NCBI GenBank assembly: GCA_944392225.1
Contig: CALXWB010000004.1
Span: 206-64,205 of the forward strand
From: an uncultured Alphaproteobacteria bacterium
GTDB lineage: Bacteria > Pseudomonadota > Alphaproteobacteria > RF32 > CAG-239
Direction: 5' to 3'
DNA length: 64,000 bases
The position numbers and the translations under genes are program-made. This document shows, in pieces, positions 17,115 to 26,134 of the stretch. The first letter of the stretch is position 1, and each line of letters starts with the position of its first letter. The notes beneath the pieces are model-generated. The model did not search any database and had not been told where the DNA came from. It saw only the letters and a program-made list of their open reading frames with translations.

Positions 17115-18830
17115 TTACCATTGGATATACTTGTTTTTATTTTGCTTCTGTAAATTTGTGTCTTTAGCATTAAATTTAATAGTCCTTAAAATAAACGAGT
17201 TTGGTTCTCTTGCCGTAAAAGTCGTTTTAATTTTTTCTGCGGGAGCTCCTTCATTGAGGAGGATATTCTGCAATAGATTAAGCCGTCTGCGCTGCAGCAA
17301 GGGAGAGCTTGTCCCGTCAATTCGAATTTCCAGGCCGACAGAAGGGTCTTCGGCTGTCTTCTGTGCAAAAGCCTTAATCCATTTAAGTGTTTGCCCGGAA
17401 ATCTCTGCCCGATTTGCCTGAAATGAAAGTCTGATTTCTGTTGGCAAAATTTTGGTAATTATTTTGTCTTTTTTGCGAGAAAAAGCCGAAAACAAAGAAT
17501 TTGTATTATCATCAGACACTTCATCGCCAATCTCGGGTAGTTTTTCGTCAGAAGAGAAAATAGCGCTTATACTTTCTAAAATACCGCTTTTTTTATTGGC
17601 ATCGTCTGTTGTATCTGCATTTTTTTCTTCTTTTTTTGCAGTGTCTTCTTCTTTTTTCGGCTCAACAATCAATCCTTTTGCTTCCAATTCTTTTTTAATT
17701 TCGGCATTCTCCGGCGAGGAAATAAGCTGCGGAGTTATATTTTCTTCCTTTAATATTTCTTCAGGAATGGGAATAAGCAAATTATCGACGGTTTCGGCCG
17801 CAAGCTGAATGGGTTTGCCGGCATCGGTCGTTGCATTTGTTTTGTTCAAAGCATCCTTGATTTGATCGGTTTCTTTTTTTTCTGGTAACAACTTGTTGGG
17901 AGAAGCGCCTCTTCGTGTGGCTACCACCCAGGGGTCGGAAGTTTGTTCTGCAGATGCCTTCTTAATATCTTTCATCTGCTGCCAGGATTTATCATCTTTT
18001 TGTGTGGCAGAAACCGCATTTTTAGGCGTTTTATCTTCCTTCTTTATACTTTTGATGGGAACATTGGCGGCGTTTAAGGCTACGGTGTTGTTTCCGATGC
18101 TTTCGGCAGCTTTAATCTCGGCATTGGCATAAAGCGGAGCATTATTTTTTTCCAAAGGGATAATACTGGAGGCTGCTTCGGGGGCTTGATCTTGCGTAAT
18201 GTCGGAATTTATTAATTTTGTGTCATCTTGCGTTGTCATAGCCACCGTTATTTCTGTTTTTTCAGCCGGAAGTTCAATGCTGTTTAAATGATTAGGCGGA
18301 GTGTCATTTTCAGCGGGAACATTCGAAGATGGTCCGTAAACCACTTTTTTAACAGTGCCGTCATTCTTGGAAACCAAAACCGTAGCGGGCTTTTGCAAAG
18401 GCGTTGATTGAGAGGGTGTTTCGGCAAGCTCTTCTTTCAAAGATAGGGAAACATCGAGAGGTATTTTTTCCTCAAGCTGAGCAACTTCAATCGGCATTTG
18501 AGAGGTGCTTTTTTCTTTTTCAAAAACCTCGGCAGAAAGATTTGCTGTTTCCAAAGGTGCAACATAAGCCAAGTCGGAAATTTTTGCAGGCTCTGAAGAA
18601 GTCTGCCTTTTAGGAGTTTTATTAAGTTGAGACAAAATAATTTTTTTTGAGGGGTAAGCCGACCGGCTTAAATCATGTTGCTTTAAGAACAACACGATGT
18701 TTTTGCTGGGAATTTTTGCTTGAGAAAAAGAAGGGTTTGCAACAGGCGCAAAAAACTTATCGGCAGAAAAAATAGCCGATAAAGATACAACAAAACTGCA
18801 AATAAATGTTTTAACCCCTGCTGTTTGCAT
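17115..18830 (-). CDS. Secreted, largely disordered protein with a possible degenerate OmpA/MotB-like C-terminal domain; first gene of the pilus operon
   Basis: 571 aa with an N-terminal hydrophobic signal and a long P/K/E/T-rich region. The C-terminal 'RLSFQANRAEISGQTLKWIKAFAQKT..GLEIRIDGTSS..LLQRRRLNLLQNILLNEGAPAEKI' follows the OmpA_C pattern (F..a.l....L..la...i.i.G....LS.RRA..v...L...G). Confidence 0.35.
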   Translation of the reverse strand: MQTAGVKTFICSFVVSLSAIFSADKFFAPVANPSFSQAKIPSKNIVLFLKQHDLSRSAYPSKKIILSQLNKTPKRQTSSEPAKISDLAYVAPLETANLSAEVFEKEKSTSQMPIEVAQLEEKIPLDVSLSLKEELAETPSQSTPLQKPATVLVSKNDGTVKKVVYGPSSNVPAENDTPPNHLNSIELPAEKTEITVAMTTQDDTKLINSDITQDQAPEAASSIIPLEKNNAPLYANAEIKAAESIGNNTVALNAANVPIKSIKKEDKTPKNAVSATQKDDKSWQQMKDIKKASAEQTSDPWVVATRRGASPNKLLPEKKETDQIKDALNKTNATTDAGKPIQLAAETVDNLLIPIPEEILKEENITPQLISSPENAEIKKELEAKGLIVEPKKEEDTAKKEEKNADTTDDANKKSGILESISAIFSSDEKLPEIGDEVSDDNTNSLFSAFSRKKDKIITKILPTEIRLSFQANRAEISGQTLKWIKAFAQKTAEDPSVGLEIRIDGTSSPLLQRRRLNLLQNILLNEGAPAEKIKTTFTAREPNSFILRTIKFNAKDTNLQKQNKNKYIQW

Positions 18831-19119
18831 AGAAACCCCTCTGAAACAGTAGATAAATCAAAATCCGAATCTTGGCAAGAAGAGAAAGAAAATACCCCCA
18901 AATTTGTGGATTCTTTTTGGTGATAAAAAATAAAAGAGGAAGTCATTTGTGCTTAAAAAACAAAAAGATAACTATGAATTTTTTGTTACAGAAAAAAAAT
19001 TTCAATTTAAACAATATGTTAACGATTTTGAACTAAAAAGAAAAGTGCTGGAAAAAAAATTAAAAATCGGATATTCTATAAGAAGAATTAAGGTTGAATT
19101 GTATGTAAGGAGAACAAAA
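18831..19119. promoter_or_regulatory. AT-rich divergent intergenic region between the type IVb pilus operon (minus strand) and the virB2-led T4SS operon (plus strand)
   Basis: About 290 bp without a convincing ORF; the track ORF 18949.. is a GTG-extended read-through into virB2. AAGGAG at 19107-19112 precedes ATG 19120. Promoter elements are not resolved by eye. Confidence 0.4.
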
Positions 19120-19473
19120 ATGCAGTTTATAAAGAAAAACATATGCACAATCCTGAGCTTGGCACTGTTTATAGTGTTAGGTTCGGTTGACAACGCGTTT
19201 GCACAAGCCGATTTGGTTAGAACCGCACAAGACAAAACCGTTGCTGTGTTTAGAGCCGTTAAAAGTATCATCTTTATCGTTGGTGGTTTCGGCTTGGTTG
19301 TTTTGGCCTTTATGGCAATCTTTGGAAAACTTGACTGGAAAAAGTTTTCAATGTTGGCCGTTGGTTTGGCCATTTTGGCTGCCGCCGGTGCCATTGTTGA
19401 TTACGCAACAGGTTCAAGCGAAGGTGAAAGCTTCAATGATAGCTTTAGCAGTTCGGCTCCGGGTAGCTACTAA
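19120..19473 (+). CDS. virB2: VirB2/TrbC-family T4SS pilin, paralogue 1
   Basis: Signal peptide ending 'NAFAQA', then two hydrophobic helices 'IIFIVGGFGLVVLAFMAIFGKLDWKKFSMLAVGLAILAAAGAIVDY'. Classic VirB2 size and topology. First gene of the T4SS operon. Confidence 0.7.
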   Translation: MQFIKKNICTILSLALFIVLGSVDNAFAQADLVRTAQDKTVAVFRAVKSIIFIVGGFGLVVLAFMAIFGKLDWKKFSMLAVGLAILAAAGAIVDYATGSSEGESFNDSFSSSAPGSY

Positions 19474-19519
19474 GGCATAACATCTGAGTTTTATTGTAAT
19501 ATAAAAAAGGAGACTGATT

Positions 19520-19909
19520 ATGAAAAAAAACATCAAAAATTTTTCAGGCAGTCTCCTTTTTACTTTAATTAACAATAGAAATATATTTCCGATTTTAATA
19601 TTTCTTTTCTTTATGTTTTTCACGCAAGCAGCTTTTGCGGCAGCTGCAACAACAAGCACTTCAACAGGTTTGTTTTCAGAGCTCATAAGCCGTGGAGCAG
19701 AAATTTTTAATGGCATGCGAGACATTATATATGTTGTATCCGGATTTGGCATCATCGGTGTTTCCGTTGGTGGCTTTTTTGGAAACATGAACTGGAAATG
19801 GCTGGGTGCAATTGTCATTGCACTGATGGTCATTGGCTTAACGGGAAGCATACTGAACTTTGTTGTTGGAGGCGAAAGTCAAACCGGCATTACCAATACA
19901 TTAAAATGA
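19520..19909 (+). CDS. virB2: VirB2/TrbC-family T4SS pilin, paralogue 2
   Basis: Signal 'FFTQAAFAAA', then 'IIYVVSGFGIIGVSVGGFFGNMNWKWLGAIVIALMVIGLTGSILNFV'. Shares the GFG...FG..(N/D)WKW core with paralogues 1 and 3. AAGGAG RBS. Confidence 0.65.
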   Translation: MKKNIKNFSGSLLFTLINNRNIFPILIFLFFMFFTQAAFAAAATTSTSTGLFSELISRGAEIFNGMRDIIYVVSGFGIIGVSVGGFFGNMNWKWLGAIVIALMVIGLTGSILNFVVGGESQTGITNTLK

Positions 19910-19923
19910 TGGGGAGAAAACAG

Positions 19924-21093
19924 ATGAAATTCAATTCAAAATCATTTTGGTGTTCAGCCTTTATAATCTTGGCGGTATGTTTATTTGCGTTGGATGCATC
20001 AGCTGCAAGCAACAACATATTGGTTCAGGTAAGGAACCGGGCCGTAAGTCTTCTGATTGCACTCCGTCCTTTAATTTTCCTCATTGCAGGTTTTGGCTTG
20101 ATAGGTTTTGCTTGGGGAGCCATTTTTGGTAAAATAAACTGGAAATGGTTTGCCAACATAGCCATCGGTTTGTTTTTGGTAGCTAATGTCGGCTTGTTTA
20201 TTGACTATTTTGCTTCCAACAATGGCAAATATGAAGAGCTGGGTTATGGAAAATATTTGGATACAGGCTACAATGCCACTGAAGGGAGTTCTGATGATCC
20301 GAAATCGCAGGAAGATCCGGGAGAGGGAACAGCAGGAGAGTCTGAAAGCGGAGAAAATTCGGATTGTGTTCCCGGAACGGGTGTAAACTGCGGAGATAAC
20401 AATGGTTTGATAAATATGGACGTTTCTCCGATAGTGACTGATGAAGATGAAGAAAATATTATAGAAAGCAAGCAAGAAAAACAAGACAGAGAGGATTGTC
20501 AGATTTTGGGCGGAACCTGGAATGGTGCAAGTTGCGATTTTGGAAATGATGTGATTGATGAAGATGCCTTGAAAGACGCAGAAAAAGATTTAGACAAAGA
20601 CCAAAAAGCTTGGGATAAAGAACAGAAAGAACAACAAAAAGAAGAAGAAAAGGCACAAAAAGAGGCTGAAAAAGCTGAAAAAAAGAAAAGAGAAGAAGAA
20701 TATAAGCAGATGAAAGAAAAGGTTGATCAGCAGACAGATGCTTTGAAAGATCAAATCAAGGTTTTGGAAAACCAAGCAAAAGAAGCAGAAAAAGCCTGCA
20801 AAGAGCAGAATAAAGAATGTGAAAATAATGTGGATTTGAAGGTCAGACAAAGTGAAGTCAATTGTGCCAACAATTATGCCAAAACGGAAAATGGAAGTGA
20901 CTATAATAACTCCAGCTATAAAAATTGTATCAATGCGCTGAACTATATGCGAAATAATCTTTCCAACCAATGTTCTCGTCAAAATGACAGTTGTATGAAC
21001 GGTGTAAAAAGCACCCAGCAGCAAATACAAGATTTGGAAAGCCGAATTGAAGATTTGAACAATTCGCTGAAAGAGCTGAAAAATTCAATATAA
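19924..21093 (+). CDS. VirB2-like pilin domain fused to a ~290-aa acidic/Lys-rich, Cys-containing C-terminal extension
   Basis: The N-terminal 110 aa 'ALDASAAS..LIFLIAGFGLIGFAWGAIFGKINWKWFANIAIGLFLVANVGLFIDY' is paralogous to the two preceding pilins. It then has D/E/G-rich, coiled-coil 'KEQKEQQKEEEKAQKEAEKAEKKKREEE' and Cys-spaced segments. Start at ATG 19924 (GGAG upstream); the track start is 19798. Confidence 0.6.
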   Translation: MKFNSKSFWCSAFIILAVCLFALDASAASNNILVQVRNRAVSLLIALRPLIFLIAGFGLIGFAWGAIFGKINWKWFANIAIGLFLVANVGLFIDYFASNNGKYEELGYGKYLDTGYNATEGSSDDPKSQEDPGEGTAGESESGENSDCVPGTGVNCGDNNGLINMDVSPIVTDEDEENIIESKQEKQDREDCQILGGTWNGASCDFGNDVIDEDALKDAEKDLDKDQKAWDKEQKEQQKEEEKAQKEAEKAEKKKREEEYKQMKEKVDQQTDALKDQIKVLENQAKEAEKACKEQNKECENNVDLKVRQSEVNCANNYAKTENGSDYNNSSYKNCINALNYMRNNLSNQCSRQNDSCMNGVKSTQQQIQDLESRIEDLNNSLKELKNSI

Positions 21094-21110
21094 ATTAACT
21101 GATTTTTTAT

Positions 21111-21151
21111 AAAAAAAAGATACATTCAAAATAAGAATGTATCTTTTTTTT
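21111..21151 (+). terminator. Rho-independent terminator/attenuator after the pilin genes
   Basis: Hairpin AAGATACATTC (21117-21127) / loop AAAATAA / GAATGTATCTT (21135-21145), followed by a T-run to 21151. Confidence 0.7.
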
Positions 21152-21233
21152 GTTATAAGTGAATAAAAACAGGTTTTTATTGCAAAGAACATACAAAAAG
21201 ATATCATGATAAAAACAACAAAGGCATGTCAAA

Positions 21234-21524
21234 ATGAGGGAAATGATTCTTAAAGCAGTGGCAAACCCGCCCAAGATATTGTGGGGGCCGTTTTTGCCTG
21301 TTTTGTTGAATCTCGGGCTGCAATTTCCGTTTATGTTCATGGCAATTGGATTGTTTGACATGAACCCGATATTTTTCTTGCTCAGCATTTTGATAGTGCA
21401 CATCATAATAATAAGCTTGGGCTTAAAAGAACCACATTTGTCCACCATGTTGCAAGCATATGGACAAACATATAGAAGAACCACCAACCTGTATAAAGTA
21501 AAGGGGACGAAATTTGCACCCTGA
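21234..21524 (+). CDS. virB3: VirB3-like T4SS inner-membrane protein
   Basis: 96 aa with two TM helices. 'LKAVANPPKILWGPFLPVLLNLGLQF' resembles the VirB3 'L.KA.TRPA...GVP' N-terminus. It overlaps the virB4 start, the usual virB3-virB4 arrangement. Confidence 0.7.
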   Translation: MREMILKAVANPPKILWGPFLPVLLNLGLQFPFMFMAIGLFDMNPIFFLLSILIVHIIIISLGLKEPHLSTMLQAYGQTYRRTTNLYKVKGTKFAP

Positions 21525-23943
21525 TAGTTTTTTTAGTATATTTGTAGAAGGGCTTTCAAGCGTTGAAGTGCTTGTGGCCGTAATAGGTTTTGTTTCGGCG
21601 GCAGCCTTTGCCGGATTTTGGGCCACCAAATTCGGGCGCTTGGTTTTGCCTCAGCCAAATGAGTCTCAAGTTTCAGATTTTCTGCCGTTTAACAAAATTT
21701 TGTCAGACGGTATCACCATAAAATGCTATAACGGCTCTTTTGTCAGAATATTCAGAGTTGAAGGTGTTGATTTGGCCTTTGCCACGGAAGAAAAAGTAAG
21801 CTCTATGCTTGAGGCCAGAAAATCATGGGTAGACGGCATGTCAGACTTGCAGGTTATATGCCGTGTCATCACCTTAAGAGAGCGCATACCGTTGGAAGAA
21901 GACGAAGGCGATTTCGGCAACCAACTTTTGGAGCAAATTTCTCAGGTTTGGGCACAAAACATCAACCGTGTATTTTCAAATACGCATTATATTGTTCTTT
22001 CTGTTCCGGATAGGACGGATGCGCTCAAAGATTTGAACTATGCTTCGCAGGCTCTTTTAGCCACGTTAAACGATTATGGCGTAAAAACCATGTATGAAAC
22101 GCCGGACAGTCCGGCAACGGATAGCCCCTTATATGTTTATTCCAGGATTTGCAGCCCGATAAGCAAACCCCAACCGAAGATTCGCAACGCCGAAGGGGTG
22201 ATGCTCAACCAAATGCTGACGGCAGACCATATTCATTTTACGGGAGAAAACGGCATAATCAAGTTTTTCTCCGGGGATAAGGAAGTTTATGAGATTGTGA
22301 TGGGAATTCGCACCTCGGGAGACTATATGGACGAAGCCATGATAGCTTCCCTGCTGTCAATAGATTGCGAATTGACTTTGTTGCACAACATTAAGCCGAT
22401 TTTTAGGGCCAATGCCAGAGCTTTGTTGATGCAACAACAAAAAATGGCAGGCATCACAAGCTTTTCGCAAGAAGTTGTAGACCAATATAGTTATGCCTTG
22501 GCCGCAATTGAAGAAAGTGATGCCAATTATCAAGCCCTGACGGAATATTCCATGTCTATCATTATTCGCGGTGAGAGTATCGATGAAGTTGAGTTTGGAG
22601 AAAGCGAAGTCCAAAGAATATGCCGTTTGTTCAGTGTTACGCCGGTCAGAGAGGGTTGGGTATCTCAGGCCACGTTTTTCAATCAATTTCCAACATATGA
22701 CACCTATCCCAGAACATATCGCTATTTATCGCGTGTTGTGGCCACGGCGGTGTGCTTTGACAAACCTTCGGAAGGTTTCAGCAAGAGCGATTGGGGGCCG
22801 GGAGCCATCAGCATTTTCCGCACCACGTCAGGCTCGCCGTATCGTTTTCAATTCCACGTATCATCAGAAGAGTCAGCCGTGGCACACTGTTGTATTATTG
22901 GTCCGACCGGACAAGGTAAAACAACCTTGCTGACCTTTTTGGCCGGCCAAGCCATGCGACATCATGACTTGAAAGTGTTTTTCTTTGACAGACACCGTGG
23001 TGCCGAGATCTTCACCCGTTCCATCGGCGGCGCATATATCGGTTTTGACGGAGACGAGAAGAACGTATCCTTAAACCCGTTTGATTGCGAAGATATTCCA
23101 AACAACCGTGCCTTTTTGCGAAGATGGCTCAAAGCCATAACCATGGTTGATGATGCCTTGTCTGAAAAAGAGATTTCCCGCGCGGTCACCACAGCGTTTG
23201 ATTATCTGCGCCCGGAAGAAAGGGTGATGAAAAACCTATACAAGAGCTGTTTTTCCCCGACGGGAAACATGCGCCGAGAGCTTTTCAAATGGGTTAACCC
23301 GGATCAATACGGCAACATTTTCAACGCCGACACGGATAGTTTGGATTTGAAAAGCAAACGTTTTATGGCTTTTGACTTCACACACATATTTGAAGATGAA
23401 AATTTGGCTCCGGCCGTGATTAGCTATATCATGCACCGAATTATGTCAGAAACGGGCGATGCCGGTATTCCGGCGCTGATTATGATTGATGAGACCGCGC
23501 CGATGCTGAAGCACCCCATGTTTAGAGATTATTTCATTATCGGCTTGCAAGAAGGACGAAAAAAACGTCAAGCTTATTTGTGTGCCTTCCAACAACCCAA
23601 CATCATTGATAAATTGGGCATAGGCGAGGTTGTAAGAGGTCAGTGTCAGACGGTTATATTCTTTAGAAACCCGCAAGCACAATTGGAAGATTATGCAAAC
23701 TGGAATTTGACCCAAAGTGAGTTGGATTTTGTCTTTGGCAAAAGCTATCGCGATTTTCCGTATGCCATATTATTGTCGCGTCCGGCAACGGGAGAGTCGG
23801 TGATTTTGGATGTTGATTTAAGCGGTTTGGGACCATATTTGAAACTATATAATTCTGGCAGAAAGAATGTTTTGTTGGTTGAAAACCTAATCAAAGAATA
23901 TGGTGAAAACAACTTTGTTACAAAATATTTAAATATTGCCTAA
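21514..23943 (+). CDS. virB4: VirB4/TrbE/CagE-family T4SS ATPase
   Basis: 809 aa. Walker A 'IIGPTGQGKTTLL' and Walker B region 'ALIMIDETAPML', with the downstream 'RKKRQAYLCAFQQP' motif block typical of VirB4. Confidence 0.95.
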   Translation: MHPDSFFSIFVEGLSSVEVLVAVIGFVSAAAFAGFWATKFGRLVLPQPNESQVSDFLPFNKILSDGITIKCYNGSFVRIFRVEGVDLAFATEEKVSSMLEARKSWVDGMSDLQVICRVITLRERIPLEEDEGDFGNQLLEQISQVWAQNINRVFSNTHYIVLSVPDRTDALKDLNYASQALLATLNDYGVKTMYETPDSPATDSPLYVYSRICSPISKPQPKIRNAEGVMLNQMLTADHIHFTGENGIIKFFSGDKEVYEIVMGIRTSGDYMDEAMIASLLSIDCELTLLHNIKPIFRANARALLMQQQKMAGITSFSQEVVDQYSYALAAIEESDANYQALTEYSMSIIIRGESIDEVEFGESEVQRICRLFSVTPVREGWVSQATFFNQFPTYDTYPRTYRYLSRVVATAVCFDKPSEGFSKSDWGPGAISIFRTTSGSPYRFQFHVSSEESAVAHCCIIGPTGQGKTTLLTFLAGQAMRHHDLKVFFFDRHRGAEIFTRSIGGAYIGFDGDEKNVSLNPFDCEDIPNNRAFLRRWLKAITMVDDALSEKEISRAVTTAFDYLRPEERVMKNLYKSCFSPTGNMRRELFKWVNPDQYGNIFNADTDSLDLKSKRFMAFDFTHIFEDENLAPAVISYIMHRIMSETGDAGIPALIMIDETAPMLKHPMFRDYFIIGLQEGRKKRQAYLCAFQQPNIIDKLGIGEVVRGQCQTVIFFRNPQAQLEDYANWNLTQSELDFVFGKSYRDFPYAILLSRPATGESVILDVDLSGLGPYLKLYNSGRKNVLLVENLIKEYGENNFVTKYLNIA

Positions 23944-24024
23944 AAAATCAAATAACCCTTTATAAAACATATGTTTTTTGATATAATAAAAAGAATAAAC
24001 AACAACACAAGACGGAGGCAAAAA

Positions 24025-24969
24025 ATGGGAAATGTAAAAAAAATTATGGCAGTGCTGATAGTCGGCGCCTTAATCTCATCCGTTGCTCCGAGGGCAAGCT
24101 TTGCCTTTGGCATTCCGTCGATTGATGTTCAGAGCATGGTTCAAGCCGTTAAGCGAGCCATTACCGATGTCCAAAATTCGACCCAATTAGCTTGGGCAAC
24201 AAAATCTGTCAAAGGGGTGCAGAGTGCATTAGGTAAATTTAATGATGCCATGAACGGTTTTATTAAAAACAATATCACCAACAGGCTTGATACCATAAAA
24301 GGGTGGAAAGAAAAGTATGATGAGAAGGTCGAGGCAGCCAAAAACAACAAATGGTATAAAAAAGGAAAAGAGGCGCTGGACACGGCCAAAGAAGCCAAAG
24401 ATCTGTATGAGCGCGGTCAAAATCTGTTAGATGATGCCAATAGTTTGAAAGAACAGGCAGAAAGATATAAAAACGATGCACAAAAAGCCCTGAAAGATGC
24501 CGAGATTTTGCAGCAAAAATGGGATAATCTGCAGCAAAAAGCTACCGATTTGACAGAAACGGCAAAAAATTATGCCCAAAAGGGTCCCCAACTTGTTGAA
24601 GAAGGGCAAAACTTGCTGAAAGAGTCAGAAAAACTGATTGAAGAATCAGAAAGAATCAAAGCGGAGAATGTGAGCGGAACATATCAAAATGCGTCAGATA
24701 TGTATGACGAGGGAATGAGAAAAAAACGCGAAGCAGAATCTCTGATTGCACAAGGGCAACAATATATTGATGATGCCGGAAAATTGGAAAAAGAAGCCAA
24801 TGATTATTTGGAAGACGGCTTGGGTATTAAAAGCGAGATAGATAGTCTTATGAACCAAGCGGAGAGTTATGCCAAACGGGCAGATAGCCTCATAGATCAG
24901 GCAAATAACCTGATTGAAGAAGCCAACGAGCTGATGAAAGATGTAGGCAACCTGGGCTCAAAGAAATAA
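24025..24969 (+). CDS. VirB5/TrbJ-like secreted coiled-coil protein (paralogue a)
   Basis: Signal peptide ending 'ASFA'. The mature N-terminus 'FGIPSIDVQSMVQAVKRAITDVQNS' resembles the TrbJ/VirB5 'GIPV.D..N..Q.....' start. The remainder is predicted helical/coiled coil. It sits after virB4. Start at ATG 24025 behind GGAGG. Confidence 0.5.
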   Translation: MGNVKKIMAVLIVGALISSVAPRASFAFGIPSIDVQSMVQAVKRAITDVQNSTQLAWATKSVKGVQSALGKFNDAMNGFIKNNITNRLDTIKGWKEKYDEKVEAAKNNKWYKKGKEALDTAKEAKDLYERGQNLLDDANSLKEQAERYKNDAQKALKDAEILQQKWDNLQQKATDLTETAKNYAQKGPQLVEEGQNLLKESEKLIEESERIKAENVSGTYQNASDMYDEGMRKKREAESLIAQGQQYIDDAGKLEKEANDYLEDGLGIKSEIDSLMNQAESYAKRADSLIDQANNLIEEANELMKDVGNLGSKK

Positions 24970-24980
24970 GGAGACTAAAA

Positions 24981-26099
24981 ATGAGTTATAATATATTCAA
25001 ACAAAGCATAAAAAGCATTATAATCATTTTATTGCTCACATCTGTTGTCAAAGCGGAAACAACGGAAGAAAAAATAGCGCGTATTGAAGCAAGCTTGTCT
25101 CAAACGGCGGAAAAACAAAAAGAAACGGAAAGCCGGATAAAAGCGTTTGAAACAAAATATAAAGACGTATTGCCCGGAACAAAACAAAATCCATATGATG
25201 AAAAAATAGCCAAAGCCCGACAAGAAAAACAAACACAAACAAAGGCAGAAACCTCGGTAGAAGAGTCTGTGGGAGAGGAGATAAATCTTTTTGGCACGGA
25301 GCCGGCCCAAAAACCGGCGGCAGAGAAAAAGATACAAAATTATCCGCTGGAAAGACAACCGCAATATGAAAAAACACAACCAGCAGCTCAGCCGCGCGGA
25401 CGTCGTCCGTTTACGCGCAGCCAAAATGATTGGGATAAAGGCGAGCTAAATTATGCCGTAAGGAAAAATGCCGAAATTTTGTCTTTTGCAAAAGAAGAAG
25501 ATTCATCTTCATCATCTTCTTCGGAAGAGGCCTATACGGGAACAAATGAGAACAATGTGTTCATCTTTTCAGACAATATTGCAAACTATTGCAGAATAGA
25601 TACGACGTCCAGTTCAGATGAAATAGTTGCTTGTTTGAACAAGGTGTTGAAAGATAGGTCCGCCGGTTCGCAAATGGCAAAAGATAATGTCAATCAAATG
25701 TATATAGAGTCTATGCAAGACACCACTATTCATGCTGTGGCGGATGCGGCAAAATATAAAAATGATTCATCCGGGTTTGAGGCCAATGTTTTGGTTCCGT
25801 TACAAGAAAAATCAGCCAAAGCAACGGATGAACGTGGTGATATTGAAGTTTTAACATTAATAGACATGGAAAACTATAAAACATTAAACAAATTAATCCA
25901 AGTTTATGCTACCAATTTGTCCGTGCAAGCCTTTAACGATTTTGGCTCATATGAAATGAAGACGGAGGCCATAAGTGATATTAGTGATGAAAGCAATGCA
26001 GCCGCAGAGAGCAAATCATCGAGCGAGAGTCCTGACAAATCAGATAAAAAAGAAGACAGCTCAGACTCAAGCCAAGAAAAAGCAGCAACAGCGGAATAA
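24981..26099 (+). CDS. Secreted protein of unknown function (coiled-coil N-terminus, Ser/acidic-rich)
   Basis: Signal peptide 'IIIILLLTSVVKA|E'. Charged helical region, poly-Ser 'DSSSSSSSEE', acidic S/D/K tail. I recognised no family. Confidence 0.5.
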   Translation: MSYNIFKQSIKSIIIILLLTSVVKAETTEEKIARIEASLSQTAEKQKETESRIKAFETKYKDVLPGTKQNPYDEKIAKARQEKQTQTKAETSVEESVGEEINLFGTEPAQKPAAEKKIQNYPLERQPQYEKTQPAAQPRGRRPFTRSQNDWDKGELNYAVRKNAEILSFAKEEDSSSSSSSEEAYTGTNENNVFIFSDNIANYCRIDTTSSSDEIVACLNKVLKDRSAGSQMAKDNVNQMYIESMQDTTIHAVADAAKYKNDSSGFEANVLVPLQEKSAKATDERGDIEVLTLIDMENYKTLNKLIQVYATNLSVQAFNDFGSYEMKTEAISDISDESNAAAESKSSSESPDKSDKKEDSSDSSQEKAATAE

Positions 26100-26134
26100 G
26101 GCTCTAAGCTGAAAGGTCAAAAGGAGACAAGAGA

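Noticed and set aside
18949-19119. An N-terminal 57-aa extension of the first VirB2-like ORF (GTG start at 18949).
   Set aside because: The extension is a Lys-rich read-through of an AT-rich intergenic region. ATG 19120 has an AAGGAG RBS and gives a normal signal peptide.
19798-19923. An upstream extension of the third VirB2-like ORF that overlaps the second pilin gene.
   Set aside because: The Cys/His-rich extension overlaps the 3' end of the preceding gene in another frame. ATG 19924 follows GGAG and yields a signal peptide homologous to the other pilins.
21107-21487. A 126-aa minus-strand ORF.
   Set aside because: It is antisense to virB3 and runs into the terminator hairpin. The virB3 frame has the expected topology and couples to virB4.
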